The notes: generated by a model from the letters alone, not told the origin. A stretch of DNA of 64,000 bases from Chitinophagaceae bacterium (GCA_019638615.1 JAHBTL010000027.1:28550-92549), one strand, 5' to 3'; numbered from the stretch's first letter, positions 19,218 to 29,168 are shown. A program made the numbers and translations.

Positions 19218-20081
19218 TTATGATTTTTTTCTCCCGATTTGCTTGAGTTCGTCTTTGCTTTTTAGTATATTTTTTGCATTCAAGGATGTTACAACTTTTT
19301 TGCCTGTTTTGGCTTCAATTTCTTTTCGTGTATTGCCTTCGATTGTTCCGCCCTGTTTCGCTATATCTTTGTTCTCTGTAAAATTTTTCGGTTTCTTTTC
19401 TTTGCTGATCTCGGTTGTGGTAGCTTCGGCAAGCATATTAAGTACCAACTCGAGATTCGTCATGTTGTCCCGGAGGTTCTCCTTTTTCTATCCTTTATGA
19501 TTTTTATACCGCTTCACCGAAAACCCGCTCCATGCTTTGGTGATTTCATCGGTCAGTATAGCGTATTCCTGCCCTTTTTTTACACCACGTTTGTCCCATT
19601 CGTCTGTAAGCTCTTTTCGAACTTCAATGCTTTTGAGGCGTTGGTTTACCCATTCCTTGCTGTAGCCCTTTTTCAGGTAGGTTTCCATAAGGCGGTCAAT
19701 ACCGATTTCGGGGTCTTCTATTTCATCTATTCGTTCTCTGCCAACCTTTGCCAGCCATAATTTGAATGGCTCAGCTTTCTTGGAGGGAACGGATTGCAGG
19801 AGGCGGAAAAGCTGCTCAGTATCGGCTACATCTGTCATTCGCATTTTACCATCTTCTGCAAGCATTTTCAAACGGTTACAATTTGTAACCGTTTCATTTC
19901 CTTCTTTGGAAAGCCTGTTTTTCAACACTTTCCAATAATTCCTTGCGCCTTGATGAGAGGGTTGGTCGGTCAAAATACCAATCACGTCAACAATAGAGAA
20001 GTACCATTTTTCCTGTTCATCGTCCCAATAAGTACGTACTTGTTTGTGCTCAAATAGCTTTACGGTGTTTTCTTTATCCAT
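19218..20081 (-). pseudogene. Bro-N/KilA-N-type DNA-binding protein (DinD-like) interrupted by an in-frame TAG
   Basis: ORFs 19488..20108 and 19218..19463 are in the same frame. The reverse strand reads ...AAT CAT AAA GGA TAG AAA AAG GAG AAC CTC CGG GAC AAC ATG, that is ...YKNHKG*KKENLRDNMTNLELV. The N-terminus MDKENTVKLFEHKQVRTYWDDEQEKWYFSIVDVIGIL is Bro-N-like. Confidence 0.7.
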
Positions 20082-20138
20082 TTTTGAGGTTTGTAAACAG
20101 TAAATCAAAAAGAATTACTCAAAATTCAATAGCTATCA

Positions 20139-20250
20139 AGGCAAAATTTCCGGTGGCGGTATGCCTTATTCCCTCCTGAATGCGGTTGAAAATGTGAAGG
20201 GATTTTAAATCTTGTTTCCAGGCACTCTCCTTCTTCCTCCATTGAATCAG
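20139..20250 (-). pseudogene. Decayed remnant of an AraC-family 3' end
   Basis: The reverse strand translates to ...LETRFKIPSHFQPHSGGNKAYRHRKFC. This is a degenerate match to ETGFKNPSHFSTAFRRGYGIPPREFC at 27683-27860 and to the intact AraC end at 63160-63277. Confidence 0.5.
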
Positions 20251-20252
20251 TG

Positions 20253-20987
20253 CTATCCAATAAAAGCAACTCCTGTTATTTCTTCGCATAATGCTATGAA
20301 TCTTTCCTGTAACAAAATATTATCGGCATCGGGGTTGGAGCGTTCTGCTTTCTGATGGAAAAAATAACGATCGCTTACTTTCGCCTGCTCATCATTGCCT
20401 GTGGCAAGCCATACCTGTGTTTCATATCCTTTTTGCAGATCATCAGGCGCACCGGCTCCGCCCATTTTTGTGGGAACCCAGCCGGGATTAACAGCATTGG
20501 CGTATACATCTGTCCATTTGCGGGCAATGGCTTTACAGAGCATTAAAACATGCAGCTTGCTGTCAGAATAAGTTATCCGTTCAATACTGGTTTTAAAATA
20601 TTCAAGTCTGGGTTGCCCGCTGAAATGCATGCCTGAAGTCAGGTAGATCAGCCGTTTGGGTTTTTGTACCAGGCAGGTAAGAATATACGGGGCTAATACA
20701 TTTACCGAAAAGATCTGCTGTGCCGAAGTATTGTAAACCCCGGCGTTGTGAATGATGACATCAAACGATCCTGATCTGTTGACTTCTTCCGCAAGTGCTT
20801 TTGTTTCTTCGATATCCGACAGATCACCTGTCAACACAGTTCCCACGCCCTGTATTTTTATTAGTGTATCCGCTTTGCGTTTCGCGTTACGGGCGTGCAG
20901 CACAACCACATGACCTTTGTCTTTTAAAGATTTAGCCGTCAATAACCCAAGCCCGTCCGAAGAGCCCGTAATAAATATCCTTGCCAT
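20253..20987 (-). CDS. Short-chain dehydrogenase/reductase (SDR)
   Basis: 244 aa with the N-terminal Rossmann motif ITGSSDGLGLLTAK, plus NAG (IHNAGV) and YSDSK (YxxxK) motifs. Confidence 0.85.
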   Translation of the reverse strand: MARIFITGSSDGLGLLTAKSLKDKGHVVVLHARNAKRKADTLIKIQGVGTVLTGDLSDIEETKALAEEVNRSGSFDVIIHNAGVYNTSAQQIFSVNVLAPYILTCLVQKPKRLIYLTSGMHFSGQPRLEYFKTSIERITYSDSKLHVLMLCKAIARKWTDVYANAVNPGWVPTKMGGAGAPDDLQKGYETQVWLATGNDEQAKVSDRYFFHQKAERSNPDADNILLQERFIALCEEITGVAFIG

Positions 20988-21005
20988 CTATTGGTGATTC
21001 CGCAT

Positions 21006-22061
21006 TCAATTTTTCAAACTTGCCATATCAATTACGAAACGGTATTTCACATCTCCTTTTAATAAGCGTTCGTAAGCGTTGTTGATATCCTGTATTTTGA
21101 TCAGCTCAATATCTGCTGTTATATTATGTTTTCCGCAGAAGTCAAGCATTTCCTGTGTTTCTGCAATACTTCCAATGGTTGAGCCGGCAAAATTCCTGCG
21201 TTTGGGTATAAGGCTGAACGCCGCGACCGGAAGCGGATGTTCCGGAGCGCCGACAAGCGCCAGTGTTCCGTCCACTTTTAACAGGCGCAGGTACGCATTT
21301 ACATCGTGCTGTGCAGATACGCAGTCCAGTACAAAATGAAGCTTGTTCGCATTGGCTTTCATTTGTTCCTTATCGGTAGATAAGATCACTTCATCAGCGC
21401 CCAATCTGTGGGCGTCTTCCACTTTTGACGAAGAAGTGGTAATAACGACCACGTGAGCGCCCATCGCTTTGGCAAGCTTCACGCCCATGTGCCCCAGTCC
21501 GCCGATACCGACAATACCGACTGTCGTTCCCTCCCCAACATTCCAGTGTTTCAAAGGAGACCAGGTCGTTACGCCTGCGCATAACAAAGGAGCGGCGGCC
21601 GCCAGGTCCAGATTCTCAGGAACCCGTAATACAAAGTCCTCGTCAACAACTATCCGCTCGGAATAGCCTCCGAAAGTTTGCCTGTTCAGATACTTTTCGT
21701 AGCTGTTGTAAGTGAGTACATTCCCTTTTTCGCAGTATTGTTCACGACCTTTTTTGCATTGCTCACACTCACGGCAGCTATCTACCATACAGCCAACAGC
21801 AGCTAAATCGCCTGCTTTCAATTTGGTTACATCCTTTCCAACTTTTGCGATGCGTCCTACAATTTCGTGTCCGGGTACATTAGGATATATTGTACCGTGC
21901 CATTCATTGCGGGCTGTATGCAGGTCTGAATGACAGACACCGCAATACAAGATATCTATCTCCACGTCTTTAGCAGTGGTCTCCCTGCGTTCGATATTCA
22001 TTTGTTTCAGATCTGCTTCAGGTGCCTCTGTTCCAAATGCCCTTACTGAAATTGTATTCAT
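21006..22061 (-). CDS. Zinc-dependent NAD(P) alcohol dehydrogenase (cinnamyl-alcohol-DH-like)
   Basis: 351 aa with GVCHSDLH, GHEIVG, the structural-zinc cysteines CRECEQCKKGREQYC and the GIGGLGHMG nucleotide-binding motif. Confidence 0.9.
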   Translation of the reverse strand: MNTISVRAFGTEAPEADLKQMNIERRETTAKDVEIDILYCGVCHSDLHTARNEWHGTIYPNVPGHEIVGRIAKVGKDVTKLKAGDLAAVGCMVDSCRECEQCKKGREQYCEKGNVLTYNSYEKYLNRQTFGGYSERIVVDEDFVLRVPENLDLAAAAPLLCAGVTTWSPLKHWNVGEGTTVGIVGIGGLGHMGVKLAKAMGAHVVVITTSSSKVEDAHRLGADEVILSTDKEQMKANANKLHFVLDCVSAQHDVNAYLRLLKVDGTLALVGAPEHPLPVAAFSLIPKRRNFAGSTIGSIAETQEMLDFCGKHNITADIELIKIQDINNAYERLLKGDVKYRFVIDMASLKN

Positions 22062-22130
22062 AGCTGGCCAAATTTATTTTTTAGCATTTGCCTTATTCCT
22101 TTGCAAAAGTAATGGTTCGGGGGTTAGATG

Positions 22131-22158
22131 AATTTATCGGAAGGCTTTTCGATAAATT
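22131..22158. promoter_or_regulatory. Perfect 9-bp inverted repeat in the divergent promoter region between the ADH gene and the 22258 lipoprotein gene
   Basis: The repeat is AATTTATCGgaaggcttttCGATAAATT. A TACTTTTG (-7-like) box for the minus-strand ADH gene lies about 25 nt closer to that gene. Confidence 0.4.
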
Positions 22159-22257
22159 AAAATTTTTCTCGTTCCGTTCAACCCGGCAAAATAATACAAT
22201 TTGATCTGAAGCGTTATGTAAATACAGATGTATATAAACTCATGATATTTTTACCAT

Positions 22258-23259
22258 ATGAAACACTACCTTATCCTTTTATTTGCAATACCCGCTTTTT
22301 TCTCTTGCAGCAGCGATCCGATAATGCCTGACGCGAAGGAACATGTATATGTGACCGGTGGAATGAAATCAATGACCTCGGCAGGGATCTGGATAGATAG
22401 TACCTATATTAAACTGACAGAAAATCCTACACATACCATCTGTACAGGTGTATTCGTATCTGGTGAAGATATATATGTCTGCGGATCCACTTATGGAGCC
22501 AACACATACGTTCAATGTTGGAAGAACGGTAATCTTATGCCTTTTGAAAGAACTGACTATAACGGGCTCCCGCAATACGTTACAGTATCCGGTAATGATG
22601 TTTACGTATGTGGGCAGGTAAAGGAAGAAAGTGACAAAGCTGTTCTTGCAGCGTATTGGAAGAATGGGAAATTAATTAAGCTTGAAGACACTAAAGCTTC
22701 CTTTGCGGGCAGTATACAGGTGGTGGGCAATAACGTTTATGTAGCTGGCTGGGCAAGATTTCCCCGGGCATCTGCAGTGATTTGGGTTAATGGAATTCCT
22801 ACCAGATTGAATAGTGAAGATTATTACAGTTATGCTTCAGGAGTAAGTGTAGTCGGCAATGATGTTTATGTATCCGGATGGTCTGTAGATTCATCAGGAA
22901 CAACAGGAAAAGCACTTTATTGGAAGAATGGTGTTCAATATACTTTAACGCCACCGGGGGTTAATGGCGCAGCAACTGATGTATTTATAGATGGTAACGA
23001 CATTTACTTTTCAGGAGACATGTATACTCCAGACAGCCTTTATACCCCGGTTTATTGGAAGAACGGAATAGTAACCACCTTAGGCGATTATAATACTCAC
23101 AATGCTGCATCCTCTATATTTGTTAAAAATGAGGATGTATATGTTGCCGGTAAATATGGTAATAAAGAAAATTATAAGGCCGTATACTGGAAGAATGGAA
23201 ACAAGGTGGAATTGCCTGCAGACCCAGCATCGTATGCTCAATCAATTTTTGTGAAATAA
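22258..23259 (+). CDS. Lipoprotein built of about six (Y/C/I)W(K/V)NG repeats (beta-propeller-like)
   Basis: 333 aa with lipobox FFSC. CWKNGNLMPF, YWKNGKLIKL, IWVNGIPTRL, YWKNGVQYTL, YWKNGIVTTL and YWKNGNKVEL recur, each followed by a V(Y/S)V(A/S/C)G strand. Confidence 0.75.
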   Translation: MKHYLILLFAIPAFFSCSSDPIMPDAKEHVYVTGGMKSMTSAGIWIDSTYIKLTENPTHTICTGVFVSGEDIYVCGSTYGANTYVQCWKNGNLMPFERTDYNGLPQYVTVSGNDVYVCGQVKEESDKAVLAAYWKNGKLIKLEDTKASFAGSIQVVGNNVYVAGWARFPRASAVIWVNGIPTRLNSEDYYSYASGVSVVGNDVYVSGWSVDSSGTTGKALYWKNGVQYTLTPPGVNGAATDVFIDGNDIYFSGDMYTPDSLYTPVYWKNGIVTTLGDYNTHNAASSIFVKNEDVYVAGKYGNKENYKAVYWKNGNKVELPADPASYAQSIFVK

Positions 23260-23487
23260 TAATCTTATCAGGCGTTATTTCACCTGGCTCTAAAAACAGG
23301 AAAATGATTGAGCGTTCCCTAATCTTTGATTTCCTCTGCATTTTCAGTATTTCCACATCCGCTTTCTGACGTTGACTTACCCTTTCCTGTGCTGTCTGCA
23401 ATGTCTTTTGATTTTCCCTTGCATTAATGATCAGAATAAGAAACAATAATCATTTAATAAACCTGTGCTTGCATATCATTTGATTGT

Positions 23488-24009
23488 TTACTTCACGGCT
23501 TCCGCATATTGCTCATTTGTAACAGGCTCGAGCCAGATATTTTGATTGATTTGCGGATTGCAGGCTATAGCAAGGTGTGAAAACCAACTGTCGGGCGCTG
23601 CTCCATGCCAATGTTCTATATTCGGGGCAATTTCAATCACATCACCCGGCTCCATACGGATGGCGGCTTTTCCACGCTCCTGGTAATAACCCGCACCGCC
23701 AACAGCAATAAGAATTTGCCCGCCGGTGTGGCTGTGCCAGTTATTGCGGCATCCGGGCTCGAACGTAACATTATTCATTGGTACATTCAGATCTTTGTTT
23801 TTGGTGAGTGGTGCAAGCCATGATTTACCTGAAAAATATTGTGCAAAGCCTGTATTTTCTTCGCCCGCAGGAAAATCACTGATTTTTGGCACTGTTGTTT
23901 TCATTGTATGTTGAGTTGTATGGTTGTTGCAGGCTGTTAATGCAATCATCATGCCTATACAAAAAATTGCCAGCATTGATTTAAAAGCAGTATTCAAAGT
24001 ATGATCCAT
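23488..24009 (-). CDS. Cupin-domain protein with signal peptide
   Basis: 173 aa with a hydrophobic N-terminus and the cupin motifs GCRNNWHSHTGGQIL and PNIEHWHGA. Confidence 0.8.
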   Translation of the reverse strand: MDHTLNTAFKSMLAIFCIGMMIALTACNNHTTQHTMKTTVPKISDFPAGEENTGFAQYFSGKSWLAPLTKNKDLNVPMNNVTFEPGCRNNWHSHTGGQILIAVGGAGYYQERGKAAIRMEPGDVIEIAPNIEHWHGAAPDSWFSHLAIACNPQINQNIWLEPVTNEQYAEAVK

Positions 24010-24029
24010 TCTGTTGTTCGTATGCTGCT

Positions 24030-24512
24030 CTATTCTTCTTCAAAGATAATGGTTACATTTCCCGAACCCAATGCAGTTGCCAGTCCCGATGCATCATCTA
24101 CCTTTCCCAATTTTGTATAGCTGTAAGTTGTTGAAAAGGTTTTGTAAAACAATACTAAAGTCTTTGAACCGTACAGCATTAAATCCCCGTTGTGGATCGT
24201 TCCGGGATCGGATGAGTTTGTCGGAAGGCTTTTTGACAGATCAAAATATTTCTCATTTCCGTTCAGTTCAATCATATTGATTGTCAAAGGCAGCATTTCT
24301 TTAAATGCCTTTGCTGCTTTGTTGTTTAACAGTGTGGCGGTAAAGGTCTTTGAATTGACCTTTATTTTTATTTTACTGTTTTGCATATTGTCATCCTTGT
24401 TGTTCCCTGTATTGTTTCCGGTAATCACATTATCAGCACCTTTATCACAGGATGCGGCACTGCTGCATAACATGGACACCCCAAAAAGTATTATTAAAAA
24501 AGGGCTTTTCAT
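24030..24512 (-). CDS. Cyclophilin-like-fold lipoprotein
   Basis: 160 aa with a lipobox-like AASC. FTATLLNNKAAKAFKEMLPLTINMIELNGNEKYF...GDLMLYGSKTLVLFY resembles the cyclophilin-like (Cyclophil_like2) family. Confidence 0.55.
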   Translation of the reverse strand: MKSPFLIILFGVSMLCSSAASCDKGADNVITGNNTGNNKDDNMQNSKIKIKVNSKTFTATLLNNKAAKAFKEMLPLTINMIELNGNEKYFDLSKSLPTNSSDPGTIHNGDLMLYGSKTLVLFYKTFSTTYSYTKLGKVDDASGLATALGSGNVTIIFEEE

Positions 24513-24519
24513 ATTTTCT

Positions 24520-25575
24520 TTATTTTAAATATTCTTTAAAAAACGTGTCCAGCTTATCAAAAGGAATTACATCTACCTTGTCGTACAAGTCTACATGAAC
24601 ACCATTGGGAATGATCACTAATTCCTTAGGTTCTGCAGCTTTTTTGTAAATGTCTTCGCTGAAATAACGGGAGTGCGCTTTTTCTCCCGCAATTAATAAC
24701 ATGGGTCTTGGTGAAATTTCTTTGAGGTAAGTTAAGAGTGGTGCGTTCATAAACGGCAATACATTCGTTACCGTCCATGAACCGTTTGAGTTTAAAGAAC
24801 GCTCGTGATAACCCCTGTCTGTTTTGTAATAATCTGCATATTCTTTTACAAACTGCGGTGCATCACCTCCAATGCCTTCCAATGACCTCGGACCCATTTC
24901 GGGTGTTCCGTCTTCGGCATCTTTCCAGCGTTGCTTACCCAGTTGCTCCAACTGTTGTGCACGCTGCTCCGGAGTGGTAGCATCAAAGTAACCATTAGTG
25001 TTCACCCGACACATATCATACATGCTCGTTGTTGCAACCGCTTTCACACGTTTGTCAATAGCTGTGGCGTTGAGGGCAAAGCCTCCGAAACCACAAATGC
25101 CGATGATACCTATTTTGTTACGGTCAATATTTTTTTGAATGCCGAGGAAATCTATCGCCGCACTGAAATCTTCCGTATTAATATCAGGTGATGCTACATG
25201 ACGCGGCTCTCCTCCACTTTCTCCTGTGTAGGAAGGGTCAAAAGCCAATGCTGCAAATCCACGTTCGGCCATTTGGTTAGCGTATAATCCGGATGATTGC
25301 TCTTTTACAGCTCCGAAAGGCCCACTAAGAGCAATAGCAGGCAACGGAGCGTTTGCACCGCTTTTCGGAAGATATAAGTCGCCTGTTAGTGTAATGCCGT
25401 AACGGTTTTTAAAGGTTACTTTTTTGCGGGTAACTTTGTCACTTAGCTTAAAAGTATAATGCTCTGTTTTTGTTATATCGTTCATATTTTCTGAATGTTG
25501 GGGGCTTTTGTTTTGATTGCAGGACTGTCCTGAAAACATCAGGACAGCAACTGCTACAATTGATATTCCTTTCAT
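24520..25575 (-). CDS. Alpha/beta hydrolase with signal peptide
   Basis: The start is taken at ATG 25575 (MKGISIVAVAVLMFSGQSC), which avoids overlap with the upstream gene. A nucleophile-elbow-like IGICGFGG is present. Confidence 0.75.
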   Translation of the reverse strand: MKGISIVAVAVLMFSGQSCNQNKSPQHSENMNDITKTEHYTFKLSDKVTRKKVTFKNRYGITLTGDLYLPKSGANAPLPAIALSGPFGAVKEQSSGLYANQMAERGFAALAFDPSYTGESGGEPRHVASPDINTEDFSAAIDFLGIQKNIDRNKIGIIGICGFGGFALNATAIDKRVKAVATTSMYDMCRVNTNGYFDATTPEQRAQQLEQLGKQRWKDAEDGTPEMGPRSLEGIGGDAPQFVKEYADYYKTDRGYHERSLNSNGSWTVTNVLPFMNAPLLTYLKEISPRPMLLIAGEKAHSRYFSEDIYKKAAEPKELVIIPNGVHVDLYDKVDVIPFDKLDTFFKEYLK

Positions 25576-25585
25576 TTTTACCTGT

Positions 25586-26146
25586 TTAAATTGTTTTAAT
25601 GATTTTCGCCGGTATACCTCCAACGATCGTATTGTCGGAAACATCTTTTGAAACGACTGCGCCAGCCGCTACAATCGCATTTTCGCCAATGGTTACTCCG
25701 GGAAGTATAGTAGCGCCTGCACCGATCCAGGCGTTGTTTTTAATGTGAATTGCTTTTGGAACAAGAGCATGCCTGTTTTCGGGTGCTGTTGGGTGTCCTT
25801 CAGACAACAAACTGACTTTTGGTGCAATCAATACGTTATCTTCTATTGTAATTCCTCCCAAATCCAAAAAAGTACAATCAAAATTGATGAATACGTTTTT
25901 ACCGATTTTGATGTGCTTTCCGTAATTGATATACAGGGGTGTAAAAACAGCAACACTCTCATCAATTTCCGAACCGGTTATCCGCCTCAATAAATCCCTG
26001 ATTACCGCCGGGTCTGTTGCATTGTTCATCTGTACCAATAATTCTTTTGTTTTGTAAGAAGCCTCACGCATTTTACAGGCTTGCGGGTCGTTTGGCGAAA
26101 TAACTTCTCCGTTCTTCAATCGTTCAAAAATATCTGTGGTTTGCAT
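25586..26146 (-). CDS. Sugar O-acetyltransferase (maltose/galactoside acetyltransferase family, left-handed beta-helix)
   Basis: 186 aa with a Mac-type N-terminus ([13 protein letters not shown]...RE) and hexapeptide repeats ([15 protein letters not shown]..., [25 protein letters not shown]). Confidence 0.85.
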   Translation of the reverse strand: MQTTDIFERLKNGEVISPNDPQACKMREASYKTKELLVQMNNATDPAVIRDLLRRITGSEIDESVAVFTPLYINYGKHIKIGKNVFINFDCTFLDLGGITIEDNVLIAPKVSLLSEGHPTAPENRHALVPKAIHIKNNAWIGAGATILPGVTIGENAIVAAGAVVSKDVSDNTIVGGIPAKIIKTI

Positions 26147-26250
26147 AATCTCGCTTATTTATTATGGTACAAAAGTATAGTCATCAAACAAGCATTATGT
26201 TACATTTATGTCTACAATAATGTCAAATAATACGTATTTTACAGAAACAA

Positions 26251-27084
26251 TTGATTATTGGAATGGCTGCGGTAGAAAATCAAAAAGTTATCCTGTATAA
26301 AACGGCATCAACAGCTCAATTTCCGGAAGACTTTCAAGCCCGGTTTCATACACATATTTATTGCCAAAGTGGAAATGTAAAATTTGTATTTAATGGCAGG
26401 CAATACCATTGCAAAAAAGGAGAATTTATCTTTTGGCTGGCAGGTCTTGATGTTTCAGAAATATCTTTTTCAGAGAATTTTAAGGCAACGCTACTGTTTG
26501 TGGATAACAATTTACTGAACGCTAATTTTCCAAGTGTAAATGCCAGTATAGACAGTATCATACATTCCAAAGAAAATCCTATTCTGCACCCCGAAAAGAA
26601 AGACAAAGAAAAAATTCTGAAAAACTTTCAATTATTGTACGATAAATCCCGGGAAATTAATCACCGCTTTTATGAAGAAGCGCTGAATCTCCAAATGCAA
26701 TTATTTCTATTGGAAATGTGGCACATCTTTGCCGATGAGCTTGACAGGCGAAAGCGAAGTCTGCAAAGCGGCACGTTATACGAACGGTTTATGCAATTGC
26801 TGCAGGAGCATTGTATGAAAGAGCGGGAAGTTCGTTTCTACAGTGATAAGCTGAACATCACAGCAAAGTATCTCAACTATATTTGTAGAGTAAATACACG
26901 TATTACGGCGTCCGGATGGATACAGCGATATGCGAAAGAGCGGATAATACTTCTGTTGCAGAACAAGAACCTTAACATTTCGGAAATTGCAGACGAAATG
27001 GAATTTTCGAGCCGCTCGTTTTTCACCCGTTATGTAAAAAAACTACTGGGTGTAAGCCCGAAAGAATATAGAGAGCGTTTGTGA
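26251..27084 (+). CDS. AraC-family transcriptional regulator
   Basis: 277 aa with a C-terminal double HTH (ITAKYLNYICR..., ISEIADEMEFSSRSFFTRYVKKLLGVSPKEYR). Confidence 0.85.
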   Translation: MIIGMAAVENQKVILYKTASTAQFPEDFQARFHTHIYCQSGNVKFVFNGRQYHCKKGEFIFWLAGLDVSEISFSENFKATLLFVDNNLLNANFPSVNASIDSIIHSKENPILHPEKKDKEKILKNFQLLYDKSREINHRFYEEALNLQMQLFLLEMWHIFADELDRRKRSLQSGTLYERFMQLLQEHCMKEREVRFYSDKLNITAKYLNYICRVNTRITASGWIQRYAKERIILLLQNKNLNISEIADEMEFSSRSFFTRYVKKLLGVSPKEYRERL

Positions 27085-27262
27085 ATAGGAATAATTTTGC
27101 TGTCGTTGTTGATGTTGTGTATAGGCTATTGTGCTTTGACATCACCAACAACATTCCACAGGCTATATTAATACACCAGCTTCTTCAACTTACTGTTGTT
27201 GGTACACCTCCGGCATTGCCCGCCTCTGCATACCAACAACTATGAAAATTTTGCTTCCCGAA

Positions 27263-27645
27263 AGGCGGTCAATGCCGATTTCAGGGTCTTCTATTTCATC
27301 TATTCGCTCTCTGCCAACCTTTGCCAGCCATAATTTGAACGGCTCGGCTTTTTTAGACGGAACTGATTGCAAAAGACGGAAAAGCTGTTCGGTATCGGCT
27401 ACGTCGGTATTGTAAAATTTACCGTTTGCTGACTGCATTTTCAGTTGACTACAATTTGCAGCCAACTCACTTCCCTCTTTTTTCAGTCGGGTTTTAAGTA
27501 CACTCCAGTATTTTCTCGGGTCTGGACTGTCTGTCAAAATACCAATCACGTCCACAATAGAGAAATACTATTTTTCCTGCTCATCGTCCCAATGGGTACG
27601 TACTTGTTTGTGCTCAAATAGCTTTACGGTGTTTTCTTGATCCAT
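27263..27645 (-). pseudogene. Truncated second Bro-N copy with an in-frame TAG (TGG to TAG)
   Basis: The reverse strand reads MDQENTVKLFEHKQVRTHWDDEQEK*YFSIVDVIGILTD...FRLLQSVPSKKAEPFKLWLAKVGRERIDEIEDPEIGIDRL. Similarity to copy 1 then stops abruptly at about 27263. Confidence 0.7.
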
Positions 27646-27682
27646 TTTTTTGGTTTGTGAACAGTAAATTAAAAAGAATTCC

Positions 27683-27860
27683 TCAAAATTTATTATGAAG
27701 GCAAAACTCCCGTGGCGGAATACCGTATCCTCTCCTGAATGCAGTAGAAAAATGCGAAGGATTTTTGAAGCCTGTTTCCACATATACATCCTGCACTTTC
27801 TTACCCTCTTTCAGTTTTTGATACGCTACTTCCAGGCGTTTTTTCGTAAGCCATTCTTGT
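27683..27860 (-). pseudogene. AraC-family C-terminal (second HTH) fragment
   Basis: It translates SLSPQEWLTKKRLEVAYQKLKEGKKVQDVYVETGFKNPSHFSTAFRRGYGIPPREF, paralogous to the last ~55 aa of the intact AraC at 62432..63277. Upstream sequence is unrelated to AraC. Confidence 0.7.
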
Positions 27861-28193
27861 GGAGATAAACTGCTGGCCTTAATCATGATAGGCACAACCG
27901 CAATGTATAAAGGCAACCGGCTTTCCTCATATATTATAATTACATAAAGCATGTTACATGCCTTCATTTCCAAATCCGGCATGGCGGACAAGGCCAGTCA
28001 CATTCATATTCAGCTTTTTTTCAATGCAGCTTCTGCTTATGCACATACTGTTAATTTCTTTTTGCTGTGAAAGATTAATTAATTGTGAACTTTAGCTCTA
28101 CCGGGATAAAAATCTTCCGAATTAAATAATGAGTGTTTACTCTTCCCTTCGGGTGAAGCTGAGGATTTTTGCCTTGTAAAAATTAAATCTACT

Positions 28194-29168
28194 ATGGGAC
28201 TATTTGATAAAAGAATTCAGTACAAGCCATTTGAATACCCGGAGATCCTTAAGTTTTCCGAGGCCATTAATAAGTCATTTTGGGTACACTCCGAGGTTGA
28301 TTTTACCGCCGATACGCAGGACTTTCATGCGCACCTGAGCGAAGCTGAGCAGAATGCAGTGAAAAACAGCTTGTTGGCCATTGCGCAGATAGAAGTTGCG
28401 GTCAAATCGTTTTGGGGTAATTTATACAATCATTTCCCAAAGCCCGAGCTGAACGGGTTAGGCGCCACTTTTGCGGAATGCGAGTTCAGGCATTCGGAAG
28501 CTTACTCGCGCCTGCTGGAAGTGCTGGGCTATAATAACCAGTTTGAAAAGCTGGTTGAAGTACCCGTCATCAAAGAACGTATACAATATCTTTCTTCGGC
28601 TTTGCAGAATGCAAAATCTGCAGACAAAAAGGAATACACCGTTTCACTTATTTTATTCAGTCTCCTGATCGAAAATGTAAGCCTGTTCAGCCAGTTCGCA
28701 ATCATTCTCGCCTTTACCCGGTTTAAAGGCTATATGAAAAATGTAAGCAATATCATTGCCTGGACCTCGGTAGATGAACAGATACATGCCAATGCCGGTA
28801 TTTTCCTGGTTAACAAATTGAAAGAAGAATATCCTGAAATATTTACATCTGAAACCATTGAGCGAATTCGTTCGGTAGTAGAACAATCTATTGCAACAGA
28901 AAACAGCGTGCTGGACTGGATTTTCAGTGCTGGCGAAATTGATATTATCAGTAAGCAAAACCTCAGCAACTTCATGAAGTACCGGGCAGACGACAGCCTG
29001 AAGCAAATTGGTATAGCTCCTATTTTCAATATCAGCGCTAAAGAAATAGCGCCCATGACCTGGTTTGAAGAAGAAGTTTTTTCAAACAGCCTGGACGATT
29101 TTTTTGCAAAGCGCCCCGTGGAGTATACCAAGTTTGACAAGAGTATCTCTGAATACGATCTGTTTTAA
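28194..29168 (+). CDS. nrdB: Class I ribonucleotide reductase beta subunit
   Basis: 324 aa with ferritin-like ligand motifs AQIEV, ECEFRHSEAY (ExxH...Y), LIENVSLFSQF and VDEQIHANA. Confidence 0.9.
   Translation: MGLFDKRIQYKPFEYPEILKFSEAINKSFWVHSEVDFTADTQDFHAHLSEAEQNAVKNSLLAIAQIEVAVKSFWGNLYNHFPKPELNGLGATFAECEFRHSEAYSRLLEVLGYNNQFEKLVEVPVIKERIQYLSSALQNAKSADKKEYTVSLILFSLLIENVSLFSQFAIILAFTRFKGYMKNVSNIIAWTSVDEQIHANAGIFLVNKLKEEYPEIFTSETIERIRSVVEQSIATENSVLDWIFSAGEIDIISKQNLSNFMKYRADDSLKQIGIAPIFNISAKEIAPMTWFEEEVFSNSLDDFFAKRPVEYTKFDKSISEYDLF

Noticed and set aside
19488-19490. In-frame TAG codons in both Bro-N copies as possible amber recoding or suppression
   Set aside because: TAG clearly works as an ordinary stop elsewhere in the window, for example the TonB receptor (11998-12000) and the MbnP-like gene (13299-13301). 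Copy 2 is also truncated. Plain nonsense mutations are the simpler explanation.
27992-28193. Looked for a B12 riboswitch or NrdR boxes upstream of nrdB
   Set aside because: No B12 box, GCCACTG element or tandem NrdR-like palindromes are visible. Only a small CTTCCC-TTCG-GGTGAAG hairpin of unclear meaning is present.
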